64,000 nucleotides of DNA, taken from Leptolyngbyaceae cyanobacterium (lineage in GTDB: Bacteria > Cyanobacteriota > Cyanobacteriia > Phormidesmidales > Phormidesmidaceae). The translations under genes and the position numbers were made by a program. Location: assembly GCA_050331235.1 (NCBI GenBank), contig JBHJHA010000010.1, forward strand, positions 1 through 64,000, written 5' to 3'. Shown in pieces: positions 60,047 through 64,000 of this stretch. The notes under the pieces were generated by a model. The model was given only the letters and a program-made list of their open reading frames with translations. It did no database searches and had not been told where the DNA came from. Every line of letters begins with the position of its first letter. Within the stretch, counting starts at the first letter, position 1.

Positions 60047-60901
60047 ATGCTCAACATTCCACGCAAAGCTTCTATCGTGCTGCTGACTCTGGTTTCCTGT
60101 CTACTGGTCCTCATCACCCCTGTGTTGGCCCAGCGCTCAATTGATTTGGCCAGAGAGCGCTGGTTAAGGGTTCGAGATTTGTCGGGAGAGGTTTATTTCT
60201 TTACGGAAGATACACGCCAGCTAGCGGCTGCAGGAGATATTTTGGCGATCGCAGGTGATGGCGTCAAGACCGGTAGTGACTCCTCCTGCACCTTGGAATT
60301 TGATATAAATATAGGAACTATAGAGCTACGGGAAAATACTGAACTGATCATCCGTTCATTAGACTATGCCTCCGATGATGGGCGCGTGACCTATTTGTCT
60401 GTGCCCTACGGAAACGTAATCCTCAACCTACGAAAGTTTACAAATCCGGGGTCAGTCTTAGAAATTGAGACTCCCTCGGGGGTCAGCGGTGTCCGCGGAA
60501 CTGAATTTGGCATGATTGTTCATCCAGACAGTCAGTCAACATCAGTGGCGACTCAGTCAGGGGCGGTGTTTGCGGCGGCACAAGGCACCGAAGTGGATGT
60601 CCCGGGCGGATTTCAAACCCTGATTCCCCTGGGCGAGCCACCACTAGAGCCGATTCCCATTCCTGATGTGCCACAGTTTGACTTTCGCATTGAGCAGCAG
60701 CTTCGTGATTATGTCAGGTACACAGTCTTATTCGGCCAAATTGACCCGATCAATCAGGTTTATGTCGAAGATGAGCTACAGGAAGTGACTGACGCGGGGA
60801 CGTTTCAATATGAATCGGCAGCTTATCTCGGGGCATCTGTGCAGATCAAAATAGTTACCCCGCTAGGGCAAACAGCCACCTATGACATCCCATTGCTCTA
60901 G
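60047..60901 (+). CDS. Secreted FecR-domain protein
   Basis: Signal peptide; GDGVKTG.DS, LRENTEL, IETPSGVSGVRGTEF. Confidence 0.85.
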   Translation: MLNIPRKASIVLLTLVSCLLVLITPVLAQRSIDLARERWLRVRDLSGEVYFFTEDTRQLAAAGDILAIAGDGVKTGSDSSCTLEFDINIGTIELRENTELIIRSLDYASDDGRVTYLSVPYGNVILNLRKFTNPGSVLEIETPSGVSGVRGTEFGMIVHPDSQSTSVATQSGAVFAAAQGTEVDVPGGFQTLIPLGEPPLEPIPIPDVPQFDFRIEQQLRDYVRYTVLFGQIDPINQVYVEDELQEVTDAGTFQYESAAYLGASVQIKIVTPLGQTATYDIPLL

Positions 60902-63872
60902 CAGATATTGGCGACTGTTGCCGGGGGCGGTATCGGCCCTGGCAACTTTCTTTCTCAGTTACGTGGGAGTGCTGTCGCCTTTGGAAAATTCGGTCTATCA
61001 GGGATTGTTTCGCCTGCGCGGCGAACACCCTTGGGACGATCGCATCGTGCTCATCACCGTTAACGACAAAACCTTAGCTGAGCTTAAGCAATATCCCCTT
61101 TCCCGAGAGCATTACGCAGAGCTCTTGCAGCAGCTTGCTCCATCACAGCCCGCAGCGATCGGCTTCAATATTCTCTTTGTCGAACCTAGCCCTGCAGACA
61201 GTCGGTTTGCGGCGGCGATCGCGGCTGCCGATAATGTAGTGCTGGCAACCGCGGTGGATGCCGAGGGAACTGTATTGCTGCCGGTGAAACCCTTACGGCA
61301 GGCAGCAAACTCTGGTGGGCACATTCTGCGGAATATCGAGAGCGACGGTTTGGTGCATCAGGTTATGCCGCAACGGGCTCAACATCAGGCCCTGAGCTTG
61401 GCCCTAGCAGAACTGTACGCCGCTAACAGCGGTGACAAAATCGTCATGCCGCTGTCAGCTCAACCGATCCGGCTGAATTGGCCCGGCCAGCAAGCGGATG
61501 TGGAGCAGTATTCCTTGATCGACGTTCTGCAGAACCGGATTCAGCCTTCTGCGTTTGCGGGCAAGATTGTGCTGGTGGGCATGAGCGCAACTGGCACTGA
61601 TAGCTTGCCTACCCCCTTTGATCGCAATCCTCCGGCCAGCGGCTTAGCGCTCCATGCGGCTTTGCTGGACAATGTGTTGCAGCAGCGATCGCTACGGTCA
61701 GCCCCTGAGCAATGGTGGCTGCCGGTATTACTGCTGCTGCCGGGCATTAGTTACTGGCTGTTTGGCCAGCCTTTCTGGCGACAGTGTTTGCTCATCATCA
61801 GTGGGGGGGTGGGGGGGCTTGTCGCGAGTCTGCTTCTATTTCAAGGATTGTACTGGGTCCCGATTGTTCCTTGGTTGGTGCTCTGGGGGCTGGTTGGGGT
61901 TAGCACTATCCTCAGTCAGCAATTTAGAGCCAAATTAGTGCTCCAGCATTTGCTCGAAGATGTTTGGCAACAGTACCGGCAAGATGCAAATCTGACACTC
62001 TGGCCGACGCTGCCCCAAAATGTCATTTCCCAAGAATTAGGGCCAATGGTCTACAAGCTGGCGTTTTTGGCCAACTCCTGGGGGTGGGCACAAGAAACAC
62101 AAAGTACGATCGCGCAAACCGTCCCCATCGGCTTAGTCGCGGCTGATGATCAAATGCAGATTTGGTTTTGCAACACCCTGGCGATGCAGTGGCTGCAGCT
62201 TGATCTCAAGCAATCCTTGGTGACGGCTTTGACCTCTAATTGGCTTGCCCCCTCTACGTTGCAAGCCCTGTTAAAGCAACTATGGCAAGGAGAAGTGATT
62301 GCTCCCATCGAGTGTCAACAGGGCAATCAGTGGTTTGAGCTTCGGTTTGAGCAATTAGCCGGTGCGGTTCAGTCTCACCAGCTGTGGCAGGATGAGCGGC
62401 AAGGAGTGCTGATGCTGATCGAGGATGTCACCCATCGCAAAGCCGTGGAGCTGGAGCTGAGATTACTCAACCAGCGGCTAGAAGATGAAGTACGCCAGCG
62501 GACAGCCGAGTTGGAGACGACTAACCTCAGCCTGCGGCAGGAAATCTCAGAGCGACGCCAGGCGCAGCAAACCTTGGCATATCGGGCACAGCATGACCAG
62601 CTGACCGCATTGCCCAATCGATTTCAGCTAGAGACGAGCTTAAAACAGTTGATTGATGAGTTTACGGGTGCCCCCAATACTGGATTTGCGGTCCTGTTCA
62701 TTGATTGCGATCGCTTCAAGTTGGTCAATGACTCATTCGGTCATTTAATTGGCGATCAACTGCTCCAGGCGATCGCCCATCGACTCAGTCAGTCGGTGGC
62801 TCACACTGATTTAGTTGCTCGCTTTGGGGGAGATGAATTTGTCATTTTGCTCAAGCAGCTTGCCAACGCCCAAGCAGCGATCGGAGTGGCGCAGCGTATT
62901 CGCAACCAATTACAAAGCCCTTTTTTGATTCAAGGAAAAGTCATTTACACGGGCTGCAGTATCGGGGTAGTCGTTAGCAGCCGGAGCTATCAGCAGGCAG
63001 ACGAAATGCTCCGCGATGCTGATATTGCGATGTATCGAGCCAAGCAAAAGGGGAACGACGTTGCCCTGTTTCGGCCAGAAATGCATCTCGCCGTGCGCTC
63101 CTCGCTACAGCTAGAGACAGAATTACGCAGTGCTGTGCTGCAGCAGGACTTGGTGTTGCACTATCAGCCCATATTCAAAATTAGCACCTACCAAATTGTG
63201 GGATTTGAGGCTCTACTACGCTGGCATCATCCTCAACGTGGCATTGTGAGTCCCGATAAATTTATTCCTCTAGCTGAAGACACGGGCATGATTATTCCCA
63301 TTGGCCGATGGGTGATGCAGGAGGCGTGTCAGCAGCTCAAAACTTGGCAGACCCACGGCTGGCTACCCGACGATGCTTTTATGAGCATCAACTTGTCCGT
63401 TCGGCAATTCAACGGACCTAGCATCCTCGAGCAGGTAGATGAGATTCTGAATGAAACCGGGTTGAAGGGCCAGCATTTGAAACTGGAAATCACGGAAAGC
63501 GTCATAATGGCGGACCTAGAGATGGCGATGAAGACCTTCAAAGCCCTCAAAGACCGGGGAATCTCGCTGGGCATTGATGATTTTGGGACGGGCTATTCTT
63601 CGCTGAGCTACCTGCACAGCTTTCCCGTTGATACCCTGAAGGTTGATCGCGCCTTCATTCAGCGAATGACCGATAGCCACAAGCATCTCAGCTTGGTACA
63701 GGCGATCAAAACGCTTTCTCAGCAGCTTGAAATGACGATGGTAGCAGAGGGAATCGAAAACGTTTCCCAGTTAGAGCATTTAAAGAATATGCGCTGTAGC
63801 CTGGGACAAGGCTATCTTTTTTGCGCCCCCATGGATAAGCAAGCCCTGGAAGCGCGCTTTGCCTGTGTCTGA
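60882..63872 (+). CDS. CHASE2-TM-PAS-like-GGDEF-EAL c-di-GMP signalling protein
   Basis: CHASE2 (RIVLITVND, FAGKIVLVG, LHAALLDN), ARFGGDEF, EALLRW, DDFGTGYSSL, EGIE; overlaps the FecR gene by 20 nt. Confidence 0.93.
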   Translation: MTSHCSSRYWRLLPGAVSALATFFLSYVGVLSPLENSVYQGLFRLRGEHPWDDRIVLITVNDKTLAELKQYPLSREHYAELLQQLAPSQPAAIGFNILFVEPSPADSRFAAAIAAADNVVLATAVDAEGTVLLPVKPLRQAANSGGHILRNIESDGLVHQVMPQRAQHQALSLALAELYAANSGDKIVMPLSAQPIRLNWPGQQADVEQYSLIDVLQNRIQPSAFAGKIVLVGMSATGTDSLPTPFDRNPPASGLALHAALLDNVLQQRSLRSAPEQWWLPVLLLLPGISYWLFGQPFWRQCLLIISGGVGGLVASLLLFQGLYWVPIVPWLVLWGLVGVSTILSQQFRAKLVLQHLLEDVWQQYRQDANLTLWPTLPQNVISQELGPMVYKLAFLANSWGWAQETQSTIAQTVPIGLVAADDQMQIWFCNTLAMQWLQLDLKQSLVTALTSNWLAPSTLQALLKQLWQGEVIAPIECQQGNQWFELRFEQLAGAVQSHQLWQDERQGVLMLIEDVTHRKAVELELRLLNQRLEDEVRQRTAELETTNLSLRQEISERRQAQQTLAYRAQHDQLTALPNRFQLETSLKQLIDEFTGAPNTGFAVLFIDCDRFKLVNDSFGHLIGDQLLQAIAHRLSQSVAHTDLVARFGGDEFVILLKQLANAQAAIGVAQRIRNQLQSPFLIQGKVIYTGCSIGVVVSSRSYQQADEMLRDADIAMYRAKQKGNDVALFRPEMHLAVRSSLQLETELRSAVLQQDLVLHYQPIFKISTYQIVGFEALLRWHHPQRGIVSPDKFIPLAEDTGMIIPIGRWVMQEACQQLKTWQTHGWLPDDAFMSINLSVRQFNGPSILEQVDEILNETGLKGQHLKLEITESVIMADLEMAMKTFKALKDRGISLGIDDFGTGYSSLSYLHSFPVDTLKVDRAFIQRMTDSHKHLSLVQAIKTLSQQLEMTMVAEGIENVSQLEHLKNMRCSLGQGYLFCAPMDKQALEARFACV

Positions 63873-64000
63873 TGCCCGGTGAGGCTTGATGTCGACCATC
63901 CTCTGATTGCCCCTAGCTATTGGGCAAAGTCTAAAAGTGCCAACTTACCCAGGGACGGCGACGGCTAAGTGCAGCCTCCAGCAAAAAGGGCTAATCATGC

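Noticed and set aside
1..64000. Recurrent GCGATCGC as CRISPR or novel repeat; many antisense and nested 60-160-aa ORFs
   Set aside because: The octamer is the well-known cyanobacterial HIP1 with no regular spacing. The nested ORFs are shadows of the recognised genes.

Overview
Chromosomal DNA of a cyanobacterium, judged from dense HIP1 GCGATCGC octamers, Psb35, cyanoexosortase B and an NtcA-type promoter. A filamentous Leptolyngbya/Nodosilinea-like host is a guess. The window opens with an eight-gene Nit1C (MSMEG_0565-0572 / sll0783-0787 type) cluster: flavoprotein (cut by the window edge), DsrE-like protein, nitrilase, radical SAM, GNAT, AIR-synthase-like protein, GT4 and a small Cys protein, behind an exactly spaced NtcA class II promoter. 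The middle is mostly housekeeping (larC, P-type ATPase, ureAB, ndk, nanE, pgl, 1-Cys Prx, ctaCDE, sdhA). It also holds a translationally coupled pair of uncharacterised GTPases, an LpxB-like/MsbA-like pair and a cyanoexosortase B-Wza-Wzc locus. The 48.5-55 kb region is accessory. It contains a decayed DUF433/DUF5615 toxin-antitoxin pair, an HNH-type nuclease gene split by a dead IS4-family element (9-bp target duplication), and a ~1.75-kb AT-rich acetyltransferase plus sulfotransferase-like cassette. The cassette sits between ~170-bp direct repeats that duplicate the overlapping 3' ends of a biuret-hydrolase-like gene and pmbA. Four copies of a ~105-160-bp MITE-like element are dispersed through the window. 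It ends with folB, proA, DUF1517 and a FecR + CHASE2-GGDEF-EAL pair. No rRNA, tRNA or CRISPR array was seen. All family calls come from motif recognition by eye; no searches were run.
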